From IMG/VR virus record IMGVR_UViG_3300029928_000270: 63,123 nt of DNA. One strand, given 5' to 3'. Positions 47,266 to 56,636 of the stretch are shown piece by piece. Both the position numbers and the translations under genes were made by a program. Position 1 is the stretch's first letter. Every line of letters starts with the position of its first letter. A model generated the notes under the pieces. That model had not been told where the DNA came from and did not search any database. It saw only the letters and a list, made by a program, of their open reading frames with translations. The DNA comes from an uncultured virus (IMG/VR IMGVR_UViG_3300029928_000270). Lineage: Duplodnaviria; Heunggongvirae; Uroviricota; Caudoviricetes.

Positions 47266-47294
47266 GAGACCACTCTTATGGAGTGGTCTTTTTT
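47266..47294 (+). terminator. Intrinsic terminator
   Basis: AGACCACTC/GAGTGGTCT + TTTTT. Confidence 0.75.
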
Positions 47295-47364
47295 ATTTGA
47301 TTTAGTTTTTACTATTCTTTATTTTGGCATAATTATTTGAAAATTTTTCGGGGAGGTACTGTCT

Positions 47365-48654
47365 ATGAGTAACCAAGCTAATATTGGTAGTTATTGTTAT
47401 GATTTAACTTTGAGTAAAATTCAGTTTAATAGTGATACATCTAAATGGTCACCCAACAATGTCAGACGTATTTTTATAAGCGGTGACGGAACTTGTGTGC
47501 AGTATTTTGTGGGCACTGTAAAGGGTTCATATGGTTGCAGTTTGTTTAATCCTACGAAGGCAGTTAATTGCTTCTGTGATATGGGATTTAAGCCAATAAT
47601 CAGTTGCCTTATCGATTTAGTATGTTCAAACCTTGAGGAAATTGTGTTTTGTACTAAGTCTGCAAGTGGTGTAACCTTAAATCAGTCTGAGTTAAACTTA
47701 TCTGCAATCTTAAAGGGATATTCAGGTGCAATGAACCCAGACTTGGCAAAGAGTTTGTTAGGTCGTTTTGTTAGATTACGTTCAATTTGTATTTACAATG
47801 GCGACCTGCAGAGTGTTGTAGGTATGTTAGATTCAGGTTCTCTTAAGAACCCAGTAAAATTATTCAGTGAAGTCGCACCTAATTGTAGTGTTCAGTTATT
47901 AAATAACGAGAACTGGTATAAGAGTAGAAGATTAAGACCTCAGATTTATTCTTTTGATTGTAAGAACGGTAAACTGGATAAGTATTTTGAGACTGTTCAG
48001 GAGTCCTATGAAAGTAAGCTGAGGGAGAGCAAAATAAATGAAATAAACAAGGGGCGGTATGGCAAGAAAGAAGACGAAGTACGTATGGCAGATGCCTTGG
48101 CTTCTAAGTTAGTGACTTGCCTTAAGAAATATGCTTCATGCAGTCAAAAAACTGAAGTAGATGCAAATCTTCTGACAGTAAACTTGAGAGTTCCTAAGGG
48201 AGATTACTCTAAGTTGGTTTCAAGCACTTCTGCAGAGGTATTAAGCCATGGAGTACAGGTAGAATATAAAGAAACTATGGAATTCTACGAGTTACTTATC
48301 GAAAGTCTAAAGTGCTTGGCACAAAACTGCTATACCCAGATTTTAAGTCTATTTTTCAATGCAGTTGCTTCTTATGAAGACCGTATGGTAACCTTAAACA
48401 TTAAGATGAAGGGTTTTAATGCAGGTAAGGTTGTAGTTCCAGTTGATGTATTTGGCAGAGGTAAAGCTGAGGAACTGTTATCCTGCTCTTTTAAAGTGGG
48501 TATTACTGGTTCTGTAAGAGAGTTAAAGGCATCCACATGTTATATAATGGTGTACCTTTGCAAACTTGTAATTCCACGTTCTCAGGCTAAGAATGTAGCC
48601 GTATACAATAAGAAGTTTTGGGAAGATATTCTCTTTGATGATAAGGAGGTTTAA
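47365..48654 (+). CDS. hypothetical protein
   Basis: 429 aa, GGAGG RBS. Confidence 0.7.
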   Translation: MSNQANIGSYCYDLTLSKIQFNSDTSKWSPNNVRRIFISGDGTCVQYFVGTVKGSYGCSLFNPTKAVNCFCDMGFKPIISCLIDLVCSNLEEIVFCTKSASGVTLNQSELNLSAILKGYSGAMNPDLAKSLLGRFVRLRSICIYNGDLQSVVGMLDSGSLKNPVKLFSEVAPNCSVQLLNNENWYKSRRLRPQIYSFDCKNGKLDKYFETVQESYESKLRESKINEINKGRYGKKEDEVRMADALASKLVTCLKKYASCSQKTEVDANLLTVNLRVPKGDYSKLVSSTSAEVLSHGVQVEYKETMEFYELLIESLKCLAQNCYTQILSLFFNAVASYEDRMVTLNIKMKGFNAGKVVVPVDVFGRGKAEELLSCSFKVGITGSVRELKASTCYIMVYLCKLVIPRSQAKNVAVYNKKFWEDILFDDKEV

Positions 48655-48656
48655 GT

Positions 48657-51569
48657 ATGAGTACTGTAAATTCGGAGAACTTATTTGCAACAGCATCTCA
48701 GTTGATTGACAAACTCATTTCAATGGGAACTGATTCCGATGTTATATTTGACGTTTGCAATGCTATTTGCGCTGAAGACAGTGAGAGTGGAACTAATCAG
48801 CTCTACTTAGATGAGGAAATCTTTGTAACAGTTAGTGCTGAGGATGCTGACATTGCAAAGCTTTTGGAGAAGTTAGGTGTAGAAGCATATGAGGAAGATG
48901 GGACATGTCATGCAGTTCCGAGGGTTCAGTTCTATAGGGTATTAGGTGATGCCTTAGCTATATGTCTTACGCAGGCAGGTGTGGATTTAGGCTCTTTCAC
49001 TTTCCTTACTGTTTGTAGTAAGGTTGTTGCAAACATGGTAGGTACACAGGGTTCTTTCGGAGCGTATGAAGATGCAGATATGAGTCAGGTTTACAGAAAC
49101 TTTGAGCAGTTGCAGAATTGCACAAAAGTTGACTATGTAAAGCCTTATAGAAATCTTGTGGATAACTATATAGACAAGATTTTGGTTGAGTACTCTAAGT
49201 TATTTGAGTCAGGTTTTGGCTCAAGAAAGCCAAAGGGTATTATGTCAACAGAGGGGTTTTACTTTGTTCGTGACGAGGAGTTGTATTTAGACACGGCATT
49301 TAATCCCGATGGAAGTTGCAGTACTTATGACTATGTGAGTATATGTACTGTTTTAAGTTCAGTTCTGCACTTCAAGGCAAGTGGTTTCGGGTATTTTAAT
49401 CCAAATGATGCTATAGTTAAAACAAATTACATACCTCGATTACTTCTGTATTTTGCTTTAGGTTGCACTCCTACTGGTGATGAGAAGTACAGACGTCATG
49501 AGTATTCAAATAACTGGAATAAGTACAAGGAAGAGGTAATAAGACCTTACTTGAAAGATACTGTATTTAGCCAGTATATTGAGTCTGTCGTAGTTGCAGG
49601 TGGTGATACAGAAAGTGTCAGAAGGGGTATGGACTCTTTACTTGATGTAATGACGAGATGTTGTCTTGTAATTGAGTGGGATATGAAAACCTCTATAAAG
49701 TGCAGAATTACCAGTATAAACACTGATTTCTCTGCAAGTACAATTCCTGAGGAGTTATTCGCACAGATTTATCAGTCTGTTGGTGAAAAGATTGTAAGGC
49801 GGGAATTTGGTTTTCTTGAGTTCAAACTTATAAAGGACGTTAAGAAGTATAATAACGAGCCATTGTTTGCTTATGAAGCATTAGACGATATGCTTTCAAA
49901 CAAGTTAGTTCCCTCTTGGGAGAAGGTTATTCTTGGTAGAAAGGCGAACGACATGCCATTTATCTATGATATGTCTAAGAACTTGGCTTACCATGTTGTA
50001 GCTGCATCCCGAATGGGTAAGGGTGTAATGTGTTTGGGTATTTTAGCTTCTGCTTTAGGCTCAAGGTATCCTGTATTTTACTTGGACAGTAAGCCAGATA
50101 TGGCAATAACCATTCATAATATATGTCCCGAAGCAGCAGTTTGTACTGCTGAACAGGGGGTGTCCTTAGGTATTAATGAGACTACCTTTGAGACTAATCT
50201 GCCAAAGTATGCAGTTAATGCTTTAGGAAATACATATGATGCTTTTGGTGGAATTATATATGCAAAGATGCTTCAGTTAATCCTGCTGATTGCAGAGGTA
50301 AGATTTAAGGTTCGTGAAGGTGGTTGGACTAATATTTCTAAGGAAGAACTTGGTTGGGATACAGAGCGTGGTACATGGACTAAGTTAATTGCTTTTGTAG
50401 ATGAGTTAGAGAAGGCTACTGTCCATCTTAATGATGAGTTGGAGATATTGAAAGGTAAGAGTGAACCTTTTCAGGCTACTAAGAAACAGATACAGGAGAG
50501 CGCAGGTGAAGATGGTACTGTAAATCATTTAATTCCAAATGCTCCAGAGTATGCAGTTTTTGCTGACAGAGTAATGACTTGGGAAAAGAAGTTGTGTTCT
50601 GACCTTTTAATGGGTAGTAAGGCAGTAATGGGTAAAGGGCAGTTGCAGATGATTTTTATCTATCAGTCATTTAACCAGTCTGATGAGTTGAAGAAAAGCC
50701 ACAATATAGAGGGTATTTTCAATTCTCTTAAGAGTTTCCCAAGAACTGCTAAGATTATCGGTGGTGATGCAAACTACTACCCGTCAGCTGCACTTAAGAT
50801 AAATGAGTTAGGCGACGTTTTGAATGAGAAGAAGCGTTGGTTTAGTTTGTCAACTTGTGAGCAGGCAGTTTTGGAGAAGCAGTCGAGAGTAATTGAGCAG
50901 TTGGAGAAAGGTACGGTAGTTCCTTTCAAGCCATACTTACTTTTGAATTCAAGTGATATGAGTTCTGCTTGTGTTGAAGAGTTTCTTAGTGGCGACCCTG
51001 AGAGATATGAAAGATATGTAAAGGATGGAAAGCTTTTTGAGCCAAGAATAGGTTTTGAGCCATATGTAAATTACATGTTATCAGCAGGGGGTAGTGATGC
51101 TACTGCTTATGATTTGTTGCGTTCAGGTGCTATAATTGCAAATAGCCTTGTAAGACGTCTTGGTTTCTCAGATATAAATGACTTCCTCTTTGATATGTCA
51201 ATTGGAACTTTCTTATCTATATCTGAATGGCTTGATTTGCTTAAGAATGACTCTCAGGTAAACAGAACCGCATCTGCAAGTTCAGTAGTATTTGATACTG
51301 AGAAGTTTAAGCCAAATCCCATGTCAGCTGAAGGTAGCTCAAGTGAAGCTGAAAAGAGCAGACGTCAGAAAATGATGGACGAGTATAATTCACGTTCTGA
51401 AGGTTCTATTTATTTCCCGACAGTTGAGGAAATCGAGGAAACTATAGAAGAGTTAGTTGCAAGGCAGAAACCTAAATACGACTATGTATTCTCCACAAAG
51501 GCTGAGTTACACGCCTTTGCTTCAAGTGTAGCTGACTTTGTAAAAGAACAAGGGGGTATTGCTTTATGA
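48657..51569 (+). CDS. large protein with FtsK/HerA-like P-loop domain (tentative)
   Basis: HVVAASRMGKG (Walker A-like), YLDSKPD, AFVDE (Walker B), IFIYQ. Confidence 0.5.
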   Translation: MSTVNSENLFATASQLIDKLISMGTDSDVIFDVCNAICAEDSESGTNQLYLDEEIFVTVSAEDADIAKLLEKLGVEAYEEDGTCHAVPRVQFYRVLGDALAICLTQAGVDLGSFTFLTVCSKVVANMVGTQGSFGAYEDADMSQVYRNFEQLQNCTKVDYVKPYRNLVDNYIDKILVEYSKLFESGFGSRKPKGIMSTEGFYFVRDEELYLDTAFNPDGSCSTYDYVSICTVLSSVLHFKASGFGYFNPNDAIVKTNYIPRLLLYFALGCTPTGDEKYRRHEYSNNWNKYKEEVIRPYLKDTVFSQYIESVVVAGGDTESVRRGMDSLLDVMTRCCLVIEWDMKTSIKCRITSINTDFSASTIPEELFAQIYQSVGEKIVRREFGFLEFKLIKDVKKYNNEPLFAYEALDDMLSNKLVPSWEKVILGRKANDMPFIYDMSKNLAYHVVAASRMGKGVMCLGILASALGSRYPVFYLDSKPDMAITIHNICPEAAVCTAEQGVSLGINETTFETNLPKYAVNALGNTYDAFGGIIYAKMLQLILLIAEVRFKVREGGWTNISKEELGWDTERGTWTKLIAFVDELEKATVHLNDELEILKGKSEPFQATKKQIQESAGEDGTVNHLIPNAPEYAVFADRVMTWEKKLCSDLLMGSKAVMGKGQLQMIFIYQSFNQSDELKKSHNIEGIFNSLKSFPRTAKIIGGDANYYPSAALKINELGDVLNEKKRWFSLSTCEQAVLEKQSRVIEQLEKGTVVPFKPYLLLNSSDMSSACVEEFLSGDPERYERYVKDGKLFEPRIGFEPYVNYMLSAGGSDATAYDLLRSGAIIANSLVRRLGFSDINDFLFDMSIGTFLSISEWLDLLKNDSQVNRTASASSVVFDTEKFKPNPMSAEGSSSEAEKSRRQKMMDEYNSRSEGSIYFPTVEEIEETIEELVARQKPKYDYVFSTKAELHAFASSVADFVKEQGGIAL

Positions 51570-52750
51570 TGAACAAAGATGAGTTTTTGAGTTTTCTTAC
51601 AAAGGCTTTAGATGATGCAGTTGAGCAAAAGCAAAATGGGTATGCAAAAGCTGACTTTAGTAGCTTTGAAACTGGAGAGGGTACTGAGGAACCTTATGAG
51701 GATTATCCAGAAGAGGGAGAGTTTGAAGAAGAGTATGATGAGGAAGATGAAGAGCCTATTCAGAGTTCAACTCCTTTGAATTTTAGTTCTTCTGAGGGCG
51801 GACAGAGAAAGGCTTTTGACCTTTCAAATGACTTCACACAGGACTTATTTAGTTCTTTAATAAATAAGTTTAATCCCTCTGATGAGGTACGAAATGCGGT
51901 GTTTAATACCAAGCAGTCTTTTGAAGATATACCTACTGAAAGTGATACCATTCAGTTTTGTGGTAAGCCTATGAAGTATGTCAGATATGAAAAACCTTTG
52001 GAGTTACCCGAGGACTTAGTATTAAATACGAATGGTAGCTTAGAGGAGAGCCTTAACAGTTACAATGATTTGCTTGAGTATATCATGAATGAGGTAGAAA
52101 GAGTTTACTCAGGCAGAGATAGAATAGAGAGTATTGCAGTTGTTTCTGAAATTGTGATAATAAACGGTGTTGCATTTGAGCCGTTGCTTAAAGACAGTTT
52201 AATAGAGTCTTTGCCATATGACCTGCAATATGCCGTAAGAAACGGCTGTTTTGCGTATCTGTTTGACTTTAGTTGCTTGTACAGATACAAGAATATTACC
52301 AGTTTGAAGTTTGACAGTGTAGATTTCTTGTATCAGAAGGTAAGAATTGACCTTGGCAAGGGAAATGACTTTGAGCCAAAAGACTTATTCAGGGTATGTA
52401 AGAAACTCGATACTCTCAACTTAGGTGAGTATGTAATCACAAGACGAAATGTAAACGAGCACAGAGATGTGTTTAGAGTAGTTAAAAGAAGTACAGAGAT
52501 TGCTGATAAACTCGAAGACCTTGGATGGACGGGTACTAAGAAGGGTTGGAACTGCATGAAAGATATCTTTATGAGCAAGGATACACGTGCAGTTTGGAAG
52601 GTGTTGAAGTTAGCCGTTGTAGGTTCTGTAACTACAGCTGCTGCAGTTGGAACTTCTGCATTTAAGATAGCACGTGTAGCTGGTGCAGTTGGAAGTACTG
52701 TAAAGAAGAGCATACAGAATTTATCAGATGCAATAAGGGAGAACAGTTAA
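51566..52750 (+). CDS. hypothetical protein with acidic N-terminus and hydrophobic C-terminal segment
   Basis: 394 aa, overlaps upstream stop (ATGA). Confidence 0.7.
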   Translation: MMNKDEFLSFLTKALDDAVEQKQNGYAKADFSSFETGEGTEEPYEDYPEEGEFEEEYDEEDEEPIQSSTPLNFSSSEGGQRKAFDLSNDFTQDLFSSLINKFNPSDEVRNAVFNTKQSFEDIPTESDTIQFCGKPMKYVRYEKPLELPEDLVLNTNGSLEESLNSYNDLLEYIMNEVERVYSGRDRIESIAVVSEIVIINGVAFEPLLKDSLIESLPYDLQYAVRNGCFAYLFDFSCLYRYKNITSLKFDSVDFLYQKVRIDLGKGNDFEPKDLFRVCKKLDTLNLGEYVITRRNVNEHRDVFRVVKRSTEIADKLEDLGWTGTKKGWNCMKDIFMSKDTRAVWKVLKLAVVGSVTTAAAVGTSAFKIARVAGAVGSTVKKSIQNLSDAIRENS

Positions 52751-52819
52751 TATACCTTGTATTGAAGCGGAGTATTTGATTCTTTGTGCTATATTTTTTG
52801 TTTTATTGATTAGTTACTA

Positions 52820-52848
52820 TTGCATTTCAATGAGTTATATGTTAAAAT
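52820..52848 (+). promoter_or_regulatory. sigma-A-type promoter
   Basis: TTGCAT-17-TAAAAT with TG. Confidence 0.6.
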
Positions 52849-52881
52849 ATAACAAAATGGTGAATAAGGGAACTTGTCCAA

Positions 52882-53604
52882 TTGGAGGTGAGAGTATTGA
52901 GTAAAAAGGTAGTAGTCGTTGACGTAGACGATGTTCTCTATGGTTTGAATGAGGCTTTAGAGTCTGTTTTGAAAGATAGATATCCAAAGTATTCACGTGA
53001 GAATGTGAAGACTTGGAAGTTCAATTCAGACTTATCAGACGAAAGCAAACGGGCTTTGGGTATCGACTTAAAAGACCAGACAAACGGTTTAGGTGTTCCT
53101 TTAGAAGATATCTATTTCAGACTTCATACAACTTCTCTTTTCAGACATGAGTCTGATTTCAGATATGACATTCCTCGCTTCAAGGAGTTGTGCGATAAAT
53201 GTGAAGTTGTTATCAGTACTTCAGGAACGACAATAGATATCTGCAAGTTCAAGGTTGCTATGTTAAACAGCTTTTTGAATGAGTTGGGTGCAAAGGCTTG
53301 CATAAGCGTTCACTTGTGTTCAGATTATGTAACGGAGTATATTGCAGATGGCAGAAGTACATATAAACAGGTAAGGGGTTCAGTTCCTAAGCCTGCAATC
53401 GCATGTGATTGTGTTATCGAGGACTCAGTTGACAATCTCAAAAGATATGCTTCAACTGTATCAAAGTTCCTTGTAGACAAGCCGTACAATCAGTTAAGTT
53501 ACTGTAAGGAGGAAGATGTATCTTTCTTAATCGAGCCAAGAAATCAGGTGTTGAGGGTATCAGATGTAAATGAAGCCATCGACAAAATTCTTTCGGAGGA
53601 TTAG
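52882..53604 (+). CDS. HAD-family 5'(3')-deoxyribonucleotidase (NT5C-like)
   Basis: VDVDDVL, K...VIEDS..NL, DKPYN; start may be TTG 52897. Confidence 0.75.
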   Translation: MEVRVLSKKVVVVDVDDVLYGLNEALESVLKDRYPKYSRENVKTWKFNSDLSDESKRALGIDLKDQTNGLGVPLEDIYFRLHTTSLFRHESDFRYDIPRFKELCDKCEVVISTSGTTIDICKFKVAMLNSFLNELGAKACISVHLCSDYVTEYIADGRSTYKQVRGSVPKPAIACDCVIEDSVDNLKRYASTVSKFLVDKPYNQLSYCKEEDVSFLIEPRNQVLRVSDVNEAIDKILSED

Positions 53605-53610
53605 TTGGGT

Positions 53611-53841
53611 ATGCAGAGTCCTTACAGTGTGTTGGAAGTTCCTGAGGGTTCTTCCTTAGAAGTTTGTAAGTCAGCTTTCAGACGGCTGAGCAAGTTGTAT
53701 CATCCCGACTCAGGTGGGGATGCAAATAAGTTTGCTATGGTGACTAAGGCGTGGAAAGACATTTCCAGTGGTTCTTATGTAGCACCTATGCATAGAACAG
53801 GGGTAACCCATGTATCAATTTTCTCTTTTAGAGAAGTTTAA
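53611..53841 (+). CDS. small DnaJ (J-domain) protein
   Basis: PYSVLEV...KSAFRRLSKLYHPDSGG...F. Confidence 0.88.
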   Translation: MQSPYSVLEVPEGSSLEVCKSAFRRLSKLYHPDSGGDANKFAMVTKAWKDISSGSYVAPMHRTGVTHVSIFSFREV

Positions 53842-53864
53842 CAAAATTCAAGGAGGATTTTAAG

Positions 53865-54296
53865 ATGAAGAAAATCAATGGTGTTGACTGGGATGAGAAG
53901 GGTCTTGTGATGACGAAGAACAATATCGGTAATGTGTTCCTCTTAGGAGCAGCAAATTACCCGAATGCAAGTGGGGAAATGATTACAGTTTTCTTCACTT
54001 CTGAGAGAGCGTTTTTCTTCGTTGACGAGCAGGGTAACTGGAGCATGAAAGAACTCAGAGATGAGTACGTAGCTAAGGACAGCGCACTGAGATACGGTGA
54101 TTTTCCTATCGATTTCGATGGCTACCGTGAAATCTGCGTAGCTTCCAACGATGACGGCGAAGACTTCGTAGGTGACGTAAACATGGACATGCTTTCCACT
54201 TTCGGCATCGGTACTGCCGAAGTTGCAGAGGATATTCAGAAGCGTCTGGAGAGTCTTGCAAAATTTCGTGTTGAAGTTGATATGCTGAAGCAGTGA
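53865..54296 (+). CDS. hypothetical protein
   Basis: AAGGAGG RBS; C-ending codon bias. Confidence 0.7.
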   Translation: MKKINGVDWDEKGLVMTKNNIGNVFLLGAANYPNASGEMITVFFTSERAFFFVDEQGNWSMKELRDEYVAKDSALRYGDFPIDFDGYREICVASNDDGEDFVGDVNMDMLSTFGIGTAEVAEDIQKRLESLAKFRVEVDMLKQ

Positions 54297-54332
54297 TAAC
54301 TTCCCAGTTGCATATATGCTGTAGTTAAATAA

Positions 54333-54361
54333 TAGAGAGCGTCCTAAGACGCTCTCTTTTT
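54333..54361 (+). terminator. Intrinsic terminator
   Basis: AGAGAGCGTC-CTAA-GACGCTCTCT + TTTTT. Confidence 0.8.
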
Positions 54362-54399
54362 ATGAGTATTTTTCTTCTAAGCCAAGTTCGCTTGTATAA

Positions 54400-55890
54400 A
54401 CGAGTGTTTGACTGGACTTTTCTTTTATTTTCGTGGAAGTTTCTGTTTTTATCAATTCTCATGTCTTAAAATACCTTTTAGGTTGTGTCTTTCGGTTTTG
54501 AAATTTTGCTTCAGTTGTGTGTTGAATTTCCTTTGTGTACTGACGCATCCCTACAGGATTAAAGAGCCATTTGTGGGTATTTGTGTCAGGTTATGGTGAG
54601 TTGTTGCTTTTTGTTTGGTGTTGCTTTGTGATTGAGTAGATTGACTGTCATTTGCAGTTAGTCTTATTTAGTTTTTAGTTTTGCAAGTGTGATGCATGTG
54701 CTTATATTGTGTATAGTGAGTTGTTTATATCTTTATTTTTAGTTTGACTGATTTCAAACGTATCTATGCAATGTGTTGAGTGAGTGTTATCATTTATCGT
54801 TTTCATTTAGACTGATTTTATTCTCAGGTTTGAAACTTTTTAGTGATTTGTTGTGTTTGTCATTCTTGTTTAGACTGAGTTGTGTCTTATATTGACTTTG
54901 CCATTCTTACTTTCACTGAATTCATTTTTAGTTATCTGTTCTCCCTCTTACTTTCACTAAATTCGTTTTTGGTTTTGCAACATCAGTATTTAGTTTGTCT
55001 TATTTAGGTTTTAGTTCTACTGAGTTTTCTAATATCAGGGGTTGTTACCTTTACTTATGTTGTATTTTTGTGTGTTCGTTACTTGTCAGTTTTAGTCTTT
55101 TGCTTTACTGCTTTAGTGTTCTTAATGTTGACCTATTTTAGTCTTTAGATTTGGTAGTTTCCTTGTTTGTGCCAAAGATTCATATTGTTCCTTTAGGAGA
55201 ATTTAGTTGTACGTTTTGTGTTTCTATGCTGCTGTAGTTGCAAAGTTGACTGTTATGTTTTGCGTTATTGTCAGTGAAACTTATGCTGAAAGTTGTAGAA
55301 GCGTGGTGTGCATCCTGTTGGGTATTATGGGTGAGTCGTTGTCTGCTGTAGTCGTTTGTGTTATCGATTTTTAGTTTATCTTTCTTGCTATTAGGTGTTA
55401 GCTTGTTAACCAGTTTACTTTTCACATGGAGTGTGTTCCTTTGGTGTTGCAAGAAAACTGGGTATTTGTCAGTCATTTTCCGCTTGTTTATTTTTCGTGA
55501 ATTTAGTTTATTTAGTTGTTTTGTTTTTGGAGTGTGTAGTTACTTTACCTCTTTATTTAGTTCAATTTTTAGAAATTTTGGTTTGTGAATTTGGTTTTTC
55601 GAATTTCTATTTTTTATAGAATTATTTTGTGAAGAAATTGTAACAAATTTTTGGAAAGCATATAAAAATGCCAATTTTTGTTTAATTTACTTGGGTTTTG
55701 AAAAATCCAAGAGTCAACAGGTAAGCCATTTTCGTAACAATTTATGAAGTTACTGCTACACTTGTCACAAATTCTTGGAGAAAAATTCACAAATATCTTA
55801 GAAGTATTTGTTAGTTTTTCTTGTGATATTTAGCTGAAACTTTGATGAATTATGTTTGTATTTATAATAATTTGTTTGTTTTTTGTTTTA
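54400..55890. other. 1.5 kb non-coding T/G-skewed region with short repeats (candidate origin or ncRNA locus)
   Basis: No credible ORF; CTTACTTTCACTRAATTC x2, TTTAGACTGA x3, TTGT(A/C)ACAA-like boxes. Confidence 0.4.
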
Positions 55891-55897
55891 GTTTGTC

Positions 55898-55926
55898 TTG
55901 CCTTTGTTGTAGTTTTATGTTATAAT
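55898..55926 (+). promoter_or_regulatory. sigma-A-type promoter
   Basis: TTGCCT-17-TATAAT with TG. Confidence 0.65.
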
Positions 55927-56025
55927 ATTATTAAGTAAGTTGGGATGGGACAAGCGTTTTAGTTCTGTTCTGTGTTGGTTTTATTTAGACTGATTTTAGT
56001 ATCAGTTTAGCTGAAGGAGGTTGTT

Positions 56026-56628
56026 ATGCGAACTATTGTTAGGGAGATAAACCGTGGAGAGTCAATCATTCGCCTTGGTGGTATTAGTGAAGAAAGAGTT
56101 GCACTCTTTAATCGTTTTAAGGACTATGTTGTACGTGGGAGTTACTTCTCTTACAGCAAGCACGATATTTTGTTTTCTCATTTGTTTGACAACGATATAG
56201 TTTTAGCTATTAAGTTGGACGTTTCGGATATGGCAGTTAGAAAACTTCGCTCAACTCTCAGTAAGGAACTTTATAAGACAGTTGGTGTGGATATAGTGGA
56301 CAAAATACTTTGGGGAAATGAGTACGAACTTAGGGACGTGACCAAGACTTTGGACTTGGCGGAGATTGAGTTATCCGTTGCCGATATGTTTCCTGCTGAA
56401 CTTCTGAAGTTTATAAGAGACCAGTCGGAAGGAAACGAAAACACGTATGAAGTTGGGGAGTTTGACAAAGAGTTAGGTTTCTTTAAGAAGTTTCTTGTAA
56501 AATCTATGAAGACCGAGGCTTTGGACTGTGATATTAACAAACTTGGTTTTATCTTACGAAGTCTAAGTACTGGTGCTTGGGACTCTCAGACAAATAAATA
56601 CATAGTGGACAGGCTTCTGTTCAAGTAG
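56026..56628 (+). CDS. hypothetical protein (possible HTH)
   Basis: AAGGAGG RBS; LAIKLDVSDMAVRK. Confidence 0.6.
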   Translation: MRTIVREINRGESIIRLGGISEERVALFNRFKDYVVRGSYFSYSKHDILFSHLFDNDIVLAIKLDVSDMAVRKLRSTLSKELYKTVGVDIVDKILWGNEYELRDVTKTLDLAEIELSVADMFPAELLKFIRDQSEGNENTYEVGEFDKELGFFKKFLVKSMKTEALDCDINKLGFILRSLSTGAWDSQTNKYIVDRLLFK

Positions 56629-56636
56629 GAGGTTAT

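Noticed and set aside
54408..55619. Short ORFs in the T-rich region (54408, 55180, 55358, 55431)
   Set aside because: Low-complexity Phe/Leu/Ser or Asn/Lys translations with no RBS; likely artefacts of compositional skew.
55583..55830. Rex or DnaA boxes
   Set aside because: TTGTGAA and TTCACAA half-sites are present but not at Rex spacing, and there is no TTATCCACA consensus.
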